Below, piece after piece: positions 29,035 to 38,600 of a DNA stretch of 64,000 nt. Origin of the DNA: Candidatus Moraniibacteriota bacterium. Its GTDB lineage: Bacteria > Patescibacteriota > Minisyncoccia > Moranbacterales > GCA-2747515. The stretch covers positions 1,011,449 to 1,075,448 of the forward strand of contig CP065011.1 of NCBI GenBank assembly GCA_016699795.1. Direction: 5' to 3'. Position numbers and translations under genes: made by a program. How positions within the stretch are numbered: the first letter of the stretch is position 1; each line of letters begins with the position of its first letter. The notes below the pieces were generated by a model, which was not told where the DNA came from, did no database searches, and saw only the letters and a program-made list of their open reading frames with translations.

Positions 29035-30339
29035 GTGAAAACGAAACGATTCTTTGAAGTAGTAATTACTTCCATTTTCCTCTTTGCTTTCGCAAGCGTT
29101 TACGCTTCCGATTGCGGAGAATTCGCAACTATCTCTGTTCCAAGTTCGGGCGGAGGATATGTGAGTGGAGGCGATGGCTACATCCCACCCCAAAATCCAA
29201 CTCCCACAGACCCTGTCAATCTTACCCAAGATACTGACATTCTTGGTGCTGACGGCAATGAACTCTATGCTGGACGTGACTCAATCCTTTCTGGAATGAA
29301 AGTAAAAGTCCGCGTTGCAGTGCAAGCTGAAGGAGGGGATGCAGGAAACTGGAAAACGAGAAACGATGCCGACACTATAGACATCGCTTACTCCGTAAGT
29401 TCCAATGATGGTCCTTGGACTCAGTTTGATACTGGGTACATTACCATTTCTAAACTTGATGAAGGAGTTACTATTACAGAAACGAAAGAATACACTATTC
29501 CAAATGGCATCTCTTCGATTGCATTTCGCACAGAAACCGATTATCGAGATGAAGTCGAAGAATATGATGAAGGAGATAATACCAGTCGCGTAGAACGATT
29601 TGAGATTTCAAATCTCAAACCTGACTACAGCATCACTGATGTTTTCTTCTCTGATCCCAGTACAGGAGCCATATACCGAAATGGTGCAATACTCTTAGAA
29701 GATAGAGAGTGGTATCCCTATTGTGAGATAATGAGCACAGGAGAAATCAATGCTCCTATCAACGTAGAAGTTTCTCACCGTATGGATGGAACAGAAAGAG
29801 ATACTGATACGCTAGGAATAGATGATATTTCTTTGGGACAAACATATCGTGAAGTCGTCTGGAGCAAATGGAAACTGGGAAATACAGGAACACGTACCTA
29901 TACGTGCTGTGTAGATTCCAAAGGTTGGCTTCCAGAACTCAATGAGAGCAATAATTGCAAGAGTGCACTCTTTACGATAGTTCCATGGAAACCTAGTATC
30001 ACCATCACTGATCTCTGGGTAGACTATGATGGAAAAGTAGTTCGTAATGGTGGAACAGGGAGCAAAGGGAAACGTTATCATCCTAATGTTACCTTCACCA
30101 ATACGGGAAACAAAACAATGTCGTGTGGTGCTGAAGCAAAGTACTACATTAATTCTAACTCCTATAGAGATAGAGACGGGATCGATCCTCTTTCCGTGAA
30201 TCAATCCGGACATGAGAGAGTCGAGAACGACAATATCAAACTTGGAGATGGAGGATGGAGATCATATCGTGTTACTATCCAATCTAGCTGTGGAGAGTTT
30301 CCTACAGTGGAAAGGACGATGAGTTTTTATCTTCGATGA
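29035..30339 (+). CDS. secreted CARDB-like repeat protein, copy 3
   Basis: Identical to copy 2 except for small patches (EGVTITE versus EGQTITE; a C-terminal 35-aa patch). Confidence 0.6.
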   Translation: MKTKRFFEVVITSIFLFAFASVYASDCGEFATISVPSSGGGYVSGGDGYIPPQNPTPTDPVNLTQDTDILGADGNELYAGRDSILSGMKVKVRVAVQAEGGDAGNWKTRNDADTIDIAYSVSSNDGPWTQFDTGYITISKLDEGVTITETKEYTIPNGISSIAFRTETDYRDEVEEYDEGDNTSRVERFEISNLKPDYSITDVFFSDPSTGAIYRNGAILLEDREWYPYCEIMSTGEINAPINVEVSHRMDGTERDTDTLGIDDISLGQTYREVVWSKWKLGNTGTRTYTCCVDSKGWLPELNESNNCKSALFTIVPWKPSITITDLWVDYDGKVVRNGGTGSKGKRYHPNVTFTNTGNKTMSCGAEAKYYINSNSYRDRDGIDPLSVNQSGHERVENDNIKLGDGGWRSYRVTIQSSCGEFPTVERTMSFYLR

Positions 30340-30392
30340 TTCTCGAGAGACTTCCCGCAAGGACGCGGGAAATACTGAAATGAATGAAGATG

Positions 30393-30428
30393 AACCAGTT
30401 TTGAAAAAGGCTGGTTTTTTTGTTTTTT
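30393..30428 (+). terminator. Rho-independent terminator (AACCAG..CTGGTT + T-run)
   Basis: Same structure as 3291-3322. Confidence 0.7.
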
Positions 30429-30659
30429 TTCGCATCATTACTCATCAACTGGCTTTTACCTCCCTCCCATCATCCGAAAGAAGAAATAAAGTAACGCCAT
30501 GGCGATCCAGAATTTCTCCCCCTGAGAAAAAAAGGGAGCTTTTTTCTTAAAGGAAAGAATTATACGAGAAAAGGGAAATATTCATGGTTACATGAAGGGT
30601 GTAAAAAATAGTAACCAATTGGAGTAACAAAATTTCTTCTTGTGTGTTAATATGGCTAT

Positions 30660-31670
30660 ATGAAAAATTTTCTGAAAAAGCAAATGAGAAAAAAATCGTT
30701 TCGCTTCATCGTGATAGGTTTCATTGCGGGACTGGCTTTATGGAATGCAAATTCCCTTGTTACAGGGAAGATTGGGACTATGTTTGTGCCACGAGAAATT
30801 TCTAAAGACTATTATGTTTATAGAGAATTCATAAATTCTCAAGATGAATATTTTCGAGTTCTTGGTATTCCCGTTCCTTCTAAATGGATGGTTTACACGA
30901 ATAAACATCCAAAAATGAGTTTGGTAGATCTTACTCGTGAAGCCTGGCAAGAATTCGCTATTCCTCACATCGATGGACATCCAGAACGAAATGAACGTTG
31001 GTTATTAAGCCCCCTTGAGCAAGATTTTTCTGAGAGACTTTTGGATGTTTCCGCCATTCGTTATATTGCCATTCCAAGAGATGATGCGAAAAATGCAGAT
31101 GATTTTTTTGGTGCTTATGGAGAACGAAAAGTATTTCTTGCACATTTAGACGCTATGCCTTTTTTGCATCGTATAGATGCTAAAACAGGGGAGATTATTA
31201 TCTATGAGAACCCAGATGCACGACCACATATATATCTTACCAATGAAAAAGAGAGTATTGAAAAAGAGATCCCTTATACTCCCACTGATTTTCAATTTAT
31301 TTCCCCATCTCAGTACAATATAAAGAATATTACATTGGCAGAAAATTTAGAAACATATCTCAACTTTAGCGAAAGCTATCATCCAGATTGGAAGATTCGC
31401 GTAGGGGATTTCTCTTGGTGGGATTCTCTTTGGGATAAACAGTACTTCCTTTCCGATGAATACCATATAAAGAATGATGCGGGTCTTAATTCTTTTATTC
31501 TACCAGAAGAAGTTTTGAAAAGTGAAAAATCTCTTACATTATTTTTTCGTCCACAAGCACATCTTTATTTGGGTTTAATCTTTTCAAGTTCCTTATTTTT
31601 TATTTGTATTGGATATTTACTATGGGTAAGTTTTCGATTTTTAAAACTTCGGAAAAAACCTAAAAAATAA
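30660..31670 (+). CDS. C-terminal half (one TM + extracytoplasmic domain + C-terminal TM anchor) of the split YfhO-like paralog
   Basis: It starts with a TM helix (FRFIVIGFIAGLALW) and the ..MFVPREI.. motif aligning to RIVVIPEEY / YIVNIPSEY of paralogs A and B. The C-terminal HPDWKIRVGDFSWW..LTLFFRPQAHLYLGLIFSSSLFFICIGYLLW matches the paralog C-termini. Confidence 0.6.
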   Translation: MKNFLKKQMRKKSFRFIVIGFIAGLALWNANSLVTGKIGTMFVPREISKDYYVYREFINSQDEYFRVLGIPVPSKWMVYTNKHPKMSLVDLTREAWQEFAIPHIDGHPERNERWLLSPLEQDFSERLLDVSAIRYIAIPRDDAKNADDFFGAYGERKVFLAHLDAMPFLHRIDAKTGEIIIYENPDARPHIYLTNEKESIEKEIPYTPTDFQFISPSQYNIKNITLAENLETYLNFSESYHPDWKIRVGDFSWWDSLWDKQYFLSDEYHIKNDAGLNSFILPEEVLKSEKSLTLFFRPQAHLYLGLIFSSSLFFICIGYLLWVSFRFLKLRKKPKK

Positions 31671-31803
31671 AGTATTTAAAACAAATTTTTTATCTTCTTT
31701 ATAAAACAAAAATCATCCTTCTTTCTTTTTATTTAATGAGAATGTTTATTTCTTTTAGATGAAAAAATATACAATATTTTTATTTTTACAACAACTAATT
31801 TTC

Positions 31804-32949
31804 TTAAATTTTTTCTAAGGGACGTTTCTTTAGTGTCAAACCGGGTGTTTCTTTTTCTACCTTTTTGGCTTCTTCTAAAGATTTCTTTGTAGGGGAGGGG
31901 AGTCCTCCGGCTATTTTTCGAAGAGCTATTCCATCAATTTTTAGAACATCATTCCATTTATCTAAAGGTTCCAAAATTTCTCGAATTCTTTCTTCATCAA
32001 AAGAATATGTTTTCCGATATGTTTTTTCAATCATTTTATCTTCACCAAAAACACGAAGGAGACCTTCTTGATTCATAAAATCTTCAATAATAGTCTGCAT
32101 TTTCTTGATTCGGGAATTATGAGAAGTAATTTCTTTTTTGAGTGTAATATATTCATCAATAGCTTTTTGAGCATCCTGATGCTCTATTTTTTCTTTTTCT
32201 ACACTATGTCGCCACATAGGACAAATGTTTTGAAACCCACACCAAGAGCATAATTTTGAGGCTCTTGGTTCGAATTTCTCTTGTTCTATATTTTCGATTA
32301 CACTCAAGAATAAACGAGCGACTTCGCTAAGATCCTCAAGTGTTCTTGTCGCGGTTATTTTCTGCCTATGTTTCAGATAATAGAGACTTACTTTAAGATT
32401 TTTTAAATTATTTTTTTCTTTCGGATACATTTTCAAAAATGCCAAAAGATAGATAGATAACTGAATACTTGTATCCGCATCATGTTGTGTCGGCATCTTT
32501 CGAGCAGTTTTATAATCAATGATTTCATAACCATCAGCTGTTCTATCTATACGATCGATTATTCCAGAAATAACATGCGCATTTTCTTGGTTTTTTTCAT
32601 CAAAAATATCTATTTCAAAACGTTTTTCAAGAGCAACGATATTTATATTCGCTATATCATTATCTTCATAATAGCGTTGTATGATATCAACTCCTTGAGA
32701 GAAGGCTCCTCTATTTTCCATTTCATTTTCAAAAAGAGAGTCATCCCAATGAGAAGCATAAAAATCAAGAGCATTTTCGAGACTGGGCGAAACAAATCCT
32801 GGAGTATGGATATATTGCATAACTTGATGCAAATGCGTTCCAAAAAACTGTTCCTTCGTTCGAGGTTCTTTTATTTTTTCAATTTCTTTATATTTATATT
32901 TGAGCGGACAAGTTTCGTAATTATCAAATGATGAAAATGAAATTCTCAT
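31804..32949 (-). CDS. PD-(D/E)XK-family nuclease with a C-terminal Cas4/AddB-like Cys cluster
   Basis: N-terminal FDNYETCPLKYKYKEI; motifs D..D and IIDYKTARK (D-EXK); C-terminal CSWCGFQNICPMW (C-x2-C-x5-C). No cas genes nearby. Confidence 0.65.
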   Translation of the reverse strand: MRISFSSFDNYETCPLKYKYKEIEKIKEPRTKEQFFGTHLHQVMQYIHTPGFVSPSLENALDFYASHWDDSLFENEMENRGAFSQGVDIIQRYYEDNDIANINIVALEKRFEIDIFDEKNQENAHVISGIIDRIDRTADGYEIIDYKTARKMPTQHDADTSIQLSIYLLAFLKMYPKEKNNLKNLKVSLYYLKHRQKITATRTLEDLSEVARLFLSVIENIEQEKFEPRASKLCSWCGFQNICPMWRHSVEKEKIEHQDAQKAIDEYITLKKEITSHNSRIKKMQTIIEDFMNQEGLLRVFGEDKMIEKTYRKTYSFDEERIREILEPLDKWNDVLKIDGIALRKIAGGLPSPTKKSLEEAKKVEKETPGLTLKKRPLEKI

Positions 32950-33297
32950 AAAAAATAAATTTTAAAAATTTTGGACTAACTCATAAAAAATTAAAAGAGA
33001 GGAGATGCTAAATTTGAAAAACAAAAAGAGAGAAGAAACAAACTCACATAGAGAAAGGGATGAGAATAACCAGTAACAAGTATACGTGAAAATTATTTTT
33101 TGGTGAAATATTAGGTGTCGCAGAATGTATATTTTGCGACACCCCACAATTCGATTCTAGAAATTCTTCCTTAGGAATTACTCCATTTATATGCCTTATG
33201 TGAGGGAATCTTTTAAAAAATTAGATTTTATGCAAAAGTCTTATTCCTTGTAACTCCCATTCATACAAAAAATTACTTTTTTATATTTAGATACTAT

Positions 33298-34041
33298 TTA
33301 AGGAACCAAAGTAACACCTTCTGGGATTTGAGAATCTTTCGAGAGATTATAGTATTCATTTTGTATTTTTTCGACTTGTTTAAGCTGATCTTCTATAGAA
33401 TCACACTGATCTATGAACTTTAAATCTTGAGGACGATTCATATTGATAGAATCATTCATTTTTTCACACGAGATGTTGGGCATACTTTTAATTATTTCTT
33501 CGGGGGAGTCATAGTTCTTTTTTGATTTCGTTTCCGATTTTCCAAAACCAAAAGTAGGAAATATTTTTTTCTCTATATCTTTCATACATTCTCTATCTAT
33601 AGAAAATCCCATAGGACGACTATCATTCCAAGTATAAAAAATTTCTCCATCAAAGATACTAATATTCAAACCTTCCTCAGTAGAAAAACACTCCGTTCGA
33701 TAGATAATCCCATCTGTATATAAAATATGTCTCCCCTGTTCATTATTAAAAGAACAGCGACGCTTTTCTCCTTTTGAAAAAGAATCTGGCAATGCTTGCT
33801 TATCGTCATTCCCTTCTTTCTCCTCCCCTACTACTATTGGAGTAATTTCACCTTCTTTAGATACAGAAGAAGAAAGTGTGTCTTCTTCATTAGATATTCT
33901 AGTTTCTTCTCTTATCGATGAATTTTCTTTATCTTTTTCAGCTTCATTATTTAGTGAGGGTTCATTTATTAAAGAACAACCAGAAAGAAAAAATACAAGA
34001 CCAATACCTATCGAGAATCCAGAAAAAATATTCTTTCTCAT
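33298..34041 (-). CDS. hypothetical lipoprotein
   Basis: Signal peptide with lipobox ..FFLSGC|S; low-complexity Ser/Glu-rich linker. Confidence 0.55.
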   Translation of the reverse strand: MRKNIFSGFSIGIGLVFFLSGCSLINEPSLNNEAEKDKENSSIREETRISNEEDTLSSSVSKEGEITPIVVGEEKEGNDDKQALPDSFSKGEKRRCSFNNEQGRHILYTDGIIYRTECFSTEEGLNISIFDGEIFYTWNDSRPMGFSIDRECMKDIEKKIFPTFGFGKSETKSKKNYDSPEEIIKSMPNISCEKMNDSINMNRPQDLKFIDQCDSIEDQLKQVEKIQNEYYNLSKDSQIPEGVTLVP

Positions 34042-34086
34042 ACATGCATTTCTTTTTTTATAAATGAATTTTTAAAATATCTTCTT

Positions 34087-35472
34087 TTATTTGTTTTTTA
34101 AAATAGACTCCCCCACCCTCCAGACATCTCCCGCTCCCATAGTAACAAGAACAATATTTTTATCCAAACTATGAAGAAGGATCTGCTCTGCTTTTTCTAA
34201 AGAGTGTACATTAAGAGCTTTTTCTGGAGTTATGTGATTTATTTTTGCTACGAGATCATCACTAGAAATCGTACCTACTTTTTCTCTTGCACTAGCATAA
34301 ATATCCAAAAGAAGGACAACGTCAGCATAATCCAATGCTAAAGCAAAAGAATCCATAAAAGTTTCTGTTCGAGAAAAGGTGTGTGGTTGGAAAACAGTAA
34401 TTATTTTTCTTTTTGGATATGTCTTTCGAAGAGCTAAAAGTGAGGCTTCAATTTCTTCTGGATGATGGGCGTAATCATCATATAAAAGTGCTTTTTTATA
34501 TTCACCTTTTTTCTCCATACGTCTCGTCGTTCCAAGAAAATTTTTCAATGCAGTACCCACCATTTCTAAAGGTATTCCTAAAGCATCACAGAATGCTATA
34601 ACTGCGGTAGCATTCTGAATATTATGCTTTCCCAAAAGTTGAAGTGAGAAAATTCCCAATTCCTTTCCTTCTTTCTGAATTGAAAAAGATTGAGCAAATC
34701 CTTTTTGAGAAGAAAGTTCGAAAATACGATATTTTGAATCTTTATGATAACCATAGGTTAAACGACGAGAAGCAACATTTTCCGTTACTTTGAGAGCTCC
34801 TAGATCATCATTTGAAACAACAATCCATCCATGAAGAGGAATTTTTTCAACATACTTTTTGAATGTGTTTTCGTATTCCTCTTTAGTTGGAAAGAAGTCG
34901 GGATGATCCCACGTTACATTAGTAATAATAAGTGACCAGGGATAATAATAGCGGAATTTATTTTGGTATTCATCTGATTCAAAAATAAAATAAGGGCCTG
35001 TTCCTGAAAGAGCGCCACTTTTCCAATTAAGAACTTCACTTCCCACCAAAGCACTTGGTTCTTTGTCTAAAAAATTAAGAACATGACCCAACATAGCGGT
35101 TGTTGTTGTCTTCCCATGAGTACCTGAAACAGCGACAGACATTTTCTGTTTTGTGATCATTCCTAAAAATTCTGGATAAGAATAAGAAGGAATTTTTTGT
35201 TCTTCGGCAAAAGAAATTTCTTCATTTGTTTCTTGATTGTAGGCAGTTGAATATACGATAACATCCACAAATCGAGAAATGTTTTTTTGAGAGAATGGGG
35301 AAAAAACTTTAATACCTGCTTTTCTTAAAAGAATATCGGTAAAGAAAATTTCTTCGCTATCCGAGCCAGTTACAGAAATTCCATGTGCTTTAAGAATCAT
35401 CGCGAGTGATGCCATTCCCGCGCCCTTTATACCTACAAAATGTGCATGCTTATAAGGAAATTTCATTTGCAT
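34087..35472 (-). CDS. murC: UDP-N-acetylmuramate--L-alanine ligase
   Basis: HFVGIKGAGMASLAMILKAHGISVTGSD N-terminus; Mur ligase central and C-terminal domains. Confidence 0.95.
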   Translation of the reverse strand: MQMKFPYKHAHFVGIKGAGMASLAMILKAHGISVTGSDSEEIFFTDILLRKAGIKVFSPFSQKNISRFVDVIVYSTAYNQETNEEISFAEEQKIPSYSYPEFLGMITKQKMSVAVSGTHGKTTTTAMLGHVLNFLDKEPSALVGSEVLNWKSGALSGTGPYFIFESDEYQNKFRYYYPWSLIITNVTWDHPDFFPTKEEYENTFKKYVEKIPLHGWIVVSNDDLGALKVTENVASRRLTYGYHKDSKYRIFELSSQKGFAQSFSIQKEGKELGIFSLQLLGKHNIQNATAVIAFCDALGIPLEMVGTALKNFLGTTRRMEKKGEYKKALLYDDYAHHPEEIEASLLALRKTYPKRKIITVFQPHTFSRTETFMDSFALALDYADVVLLLDIYASAREKVGTISSDDLVAKINHITPEKALNVHSLEKAEQILLHSLDKNIVLVTMGAGDVWRVGESILKNK

Positions 35473-35488
35473 AAAAGAGAAAACTTTT

Positions 35489-36628
35489 CTAATTTTTTAT
35501 CGGTGTTGTAGCACACGAAGTAGTAGCACATTCCAAAATAAGATCAGCAACTTTTTGTGCTGAATCTGGAACATCGAATTCAGCGATATTTTTTTGTATT
35601 TCTTCACGAAGTTCTTTATCGAAAAGTATATTTTTTATTTTTTCAGCAAGCATTTTTTCCATAAGATTCGCTTCTTCCAAAACTAATGTTGCTCTTTTTT
35701 TGGCAACAATAAAAGCATTCATTCTCTGATGATCATTCGCACTACTAGCCAATGGAATAAGTATGGAAACTTTTCTACAAGCAGCGATTTCAGCAATTGA
35801 AGTTGCTCCTGCACGACTAATAACAAGATCAGCCACTGAAAAAGCGTCTTTCATTTCTTCCTCATGAAGAAAAGTAATAGGATGGTAACCATCTCTTCCA
35901 GGTTTTATGCCTTCTCTTTTTTTGGCTCTTTCTTCAACTTCTTTCATATTCCCCTCCCCTGTTTGATGTATAATTTGAGCATAAGGAAGAATTTCAGCTA
36001 AAATATCTACTATATGCATATTAATAGCTTTTGATCCTTGGCTTCCCCCGAGAACAAGAATTACAGGTTTAGATTCTGAAAGAGAAAATGTTTTTCGAGC
36101 TCTCTCAGGATTTCCTTCAGTAATACCTAATCGAGGGATATTCCCTGTAAAGAAAACTCTTTCTTCTAAAAAATATTCCTTTGCTGAAAGAAAACCCAAT
36201 CCTATTCGATGTGCGAATTTTCCAAGTGTTCGATTAGAAGTTCCTGGTATAGCATCTGATTCATGAATAACAACAGGAATGCGATACATACGAGCTGCTA
36301 TCGCAACAGGAAAAGAAACATAACCACCCTTAGCAAAAACTACATCAGGCATTTCACGAAGAAGATACATGAGTGATTGAAACCATCCTATTAAAGTTAA
36401 AAAAGGATCTGTAAAATTTCTCCAGGAAAAGTATCTTCGTATTTTTCCTGCTGTAATGGTATAAGATCGATCACTCGCTTCATAGAGTGATTTTTCAAGT
36501 TCTGAACCTGATCCTACATAAATAATTTCTAACTTTTCATTTGAACGTTTTCTTAGCTGATCTATAACTGAAATGGATGGATATATATGCCCGCCGGTTC
36601 CTCCACCGGCAATAACAATTCGTTTCAT
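35489..36628 (-). CDS. murG: undecaprenyldiphospho-muramoylpentapeptide beta-N-acetylglucosaminyltransferase
   Basis: MKRIVIAGGGTGGHIYPSISV; GT28 architecture; sits between ftsW and murC. Confidence 0.95.
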   Translation of the reverse strand: MKRIVIAGGGTGGHIYPSISVIDQLRKRSNEKLEIIYVGSGSELEKSLYEASDRSYTITAGKIRRYFSWRNFTDPFLTLIGWFQSLMYLLREMPDVVFAKGGYVSFPVAIAARMYRIPVVIHESDAIPGTSNRTLGKFAHRIGLGFLSAKEYFLEERVFFTGNIPRLGITEGNPERARKTFSLSESKPVILVLGGSQGSKAINMHIVDILAEILPYAQIIHQTGEGNMKEVEERAKKREGIKPGRDGYHPITFLHEEEMKDAFSVADLVISRAGATSIAEIAACRKVSILIPLASSANDHQRMNAFIVAKKRATLVLEEANLMEKMLAEKIKNILFDKELREEIQKNIAEFDVPDSAQKVADLILECATTSCATTPIKN

Positions 36629-36683
36629 AGTTTCATTTTCATTATTTTCGAAAACCTTATTAATAGTATACTACAATTTCTTA

Positions 36684-37796
36684 TTATTTTCGAACAGATT
36701 GTCTGCTAATATTTAAAAGAAGTCCCATAGCAGCAAGTGAAAATAAAAGAGATGTTCCTCCATAACTAATAAAGGGCAAAGGAATACCTGTAAGAGGAAG
36801 AATTCCTGTTATCGCACCAACATTAAAAACGACCTGCATAGCAATCCATGAAGTTACTCCTATAGCAAGAAGTCTTCCAAAATCGTCTGGGGCTTCTACT
36901 GCTATTCGAAATCCTCGCCAAATAATAACAGCAAAAAGTATTAAAAGACAAAGTGTACCTATAAAACCCCACTCTTCCCCAATAATGGCAAAAATGGAAT
37001 CACCAACAGGTTCAGGAAGATAGTTAAACTTTTGACGACTCTCTCCTAAACCAAGTCCAAATAAACCTCCCGAACCAAGAGCTATAAGTGCTTGATTTAT
37101 TTGATAACCCTTACCTTGAGGATCAAGTTCTGGATTAAGAAAAACCATAAGTCTATCCCAACGATAAGGAGCGCTTTTTACAATAATGAAAAACCCTAAC
37201 ATCCCAACAACACCCAAAGAGGCAAGATGCGAGATTTGAGCACCAGCAGAAAAGAAAAGTATAACGGAAATAAAAATTATTGATCCAAGCGTTCCAACAT
37301 CTGGTTGATTGAGAATAAAAACACCCATAAGAGAAAGAATGATAAGAAAAGGAATAAGTCCTTCAAAGAAATTACTCACCTTTTTCTTCCCCTTACTAGA
37401 AAGCCAAGCGCTTAAATAAACAATAATTGCTATCTTGGCCATTTCTGAAGGTTGAAAAGAAACTGGGCCAAGATTAAGCCATCGAGTTGCTCCATAAGCT
37501 TCATTTCCAAAACCAGGTACAAATATTAAACCAAGAGCTATAAGAGAAAGAATAAATCCAAATACAGAAAATTTTCGCCATTTATGATAATCAATCAGAC
37601 TAAGGAAAAAAAGAACGGCCATACCAGGAAGAACTCCAAAGAGTAACTGTCTTTTAAGAAAAAAATATTGATCCTGAAATCGAATTTCTGCATACAGCGC
37701 AGAAGCACTTGCAATCATTAATAAACCAAAAACAACAGCTATAACTACAGAGCCGAATAATACTTTATCGTATGCATGTTTATACTGTAATCTCAT
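36684..37796 (-). CDS. ftsW: SEDS-family peptidoglycan glycosyltransferase FtsW/RodA
   Basis: Ten TM helices; conserved SEDS motifs (..GVTSWIAMQVVFNVGAITGILPLTGIPLPFISYGGTSLL); murG-adjacent. Confidence 0.85.
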   Translation of the reverse strand: MRLQYKHAYDKVLFGSVVIAVVFGLLMIASASALYAEIRFQDQYFFLKRQLLFGVLPGMAVLFFLSLIDYHKWRKFSVFGFILSLIALGLIFVPGFGNEAYGATRWLNLGPVSFQPSEMAKIAIIVYLSAWLSSKGKKKVSNFFEGLIPFLIILSLMGVFILNQPDVGTLGSIIFISVILFFSAGAQISHLASLGVVGMLGFFIIVKSAPYRWDRLMVFLNPELDPQGKGYQINQALIALGSGGLFGLGLGESRQKFNYLPEPVGDSIFAIIGEEWGFIGTLCLLILFAVIIWRGFRIAVEAPDDFGRLLAIGVTSWIAMQVVFNVGAITGILPLTGIPLPFISYGGTSLLFSLAAMGLLLNISRQSVRK

Positions 37797-38458
37797 TTCT
37801 TTTCATCTTTTTCAATAGGTACAGAATTTTCCCTTTTCCATTTTTCAATATGAGCATGATTTCCACCAAGAAGCACTTCTGGGACTTTCCAATCATGAAA
37901 AATTTCTGGTCTTGTATAAAGAGGGTGTGAAGATTCGCATGATTCCCCATAGCTCTCTCCTTTGAGAGATTCGCTATTTCCCAAAACACCGGAAGTGAGT
38001 CGTACAAGAGCATCGCATATAATAAGTGCGGGAAGTTCTCCTCCGGTAAGTACGTATTTACCAATAGAGATTTCTTCATCCGCTACATAATCTGCAACTC
38101 GTTCATCTACTCCTTGATAGCGACCACAAATAAAAGCAATGTTCTTCTTTTTCGCCAATCGAAGTGCGTCATTTTGTGTAAATTCTTTTCCTTTTGCAGA
38201 AAGAAGTATGGTATAAACTTCTCCCTCTTTTTCTTTAATGGATTCAACTGCGCGAAACAAAGGTTCTACTTTCATAACCATTCCCGGACCTCCTCCATAA
38301 GGAATATCGTCAACGGATTTATGAGGATCATTTGTAAAATCTCTTGGATTTATACAATGATAAGAAACAAGATTCTTTTTTTCAGCTCGACCCAAAATAG
38401 AAAGGTGTACATACCCCTCAATCATAGAGGAAAAAATTGTAAGAAAATAAAATTTCAT
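37793..38458 (-). CDS. trmD: tRNA (guanine37-N1)-methyltransferase
   Basis: MKFYFLTIFSSMIEGYV..DIPYGGGPGMVMK..GRYQGVDERV. The start was placed at the internal Met (38458) matching canonical TrmD N-termini. Confidence 0.9.
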   Translation of the reverse strand: MKFYFLTIFSSMIEGYVHLSILGRAEKKNLVSYHCINPRDFTNDPHKSVDDIPYGGGPGMVMKVEPLFRAVESIKEKEGEVYTILLSAKGKEFTQNDALRLAKKKNIAFICGRYQGVDERVADYVADEEISIGKYVLTGGELPALIICDALVRLTSGVLGNSESLKGESYGESCESSHPLYTRPEIFHDWKVPEVLLGGNHAHIEKWKRENSVPIEKDEKK

Positions 38459-38600
38459 ATATAAAATTGTTATCGCAAAGCTTTTGCCACTGGATAATTT
38501 TACCATAGAAAAAAAATTTTTTCTATACACACAAAATAAAAAATGATATCATTTTTAGCGAAAGGTCGATATTTTTTGTCTTTAATAAAAAAACATACGT

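Noticed and set aside
16930-30659. Integrase, transposase or conjugation genes that would explain the island
   Set aside because: None of the island ORFs shows tyrosine/serine recombinase or DDE motifs. The mechanism of insertion therefore remains inferred from the att-like duplications only.
31804-32949. Possible CRISPR-Cas locus suggested by the Cas4-like nuclease
   Set aside because: No direct-repeat/spacer array and no cas1/cas2 exist anywhere in the window. The tandem repeats seen are either protein-coding (59883-60404) or long island-junction duplications.
37780-38530. Longer N-terminal extension of trmD (start at 38530) and overlapping ORF 37780-38079
   Set aside because: The extension MYRKNFFSMVKLSSGKSFAITILY has no counterpart in TrmD proteins. 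The internal Met at 38458 gives the canonical N-terminus. The 99-aa ORF is in a different frame inside trmD/ftsW and lacks support.
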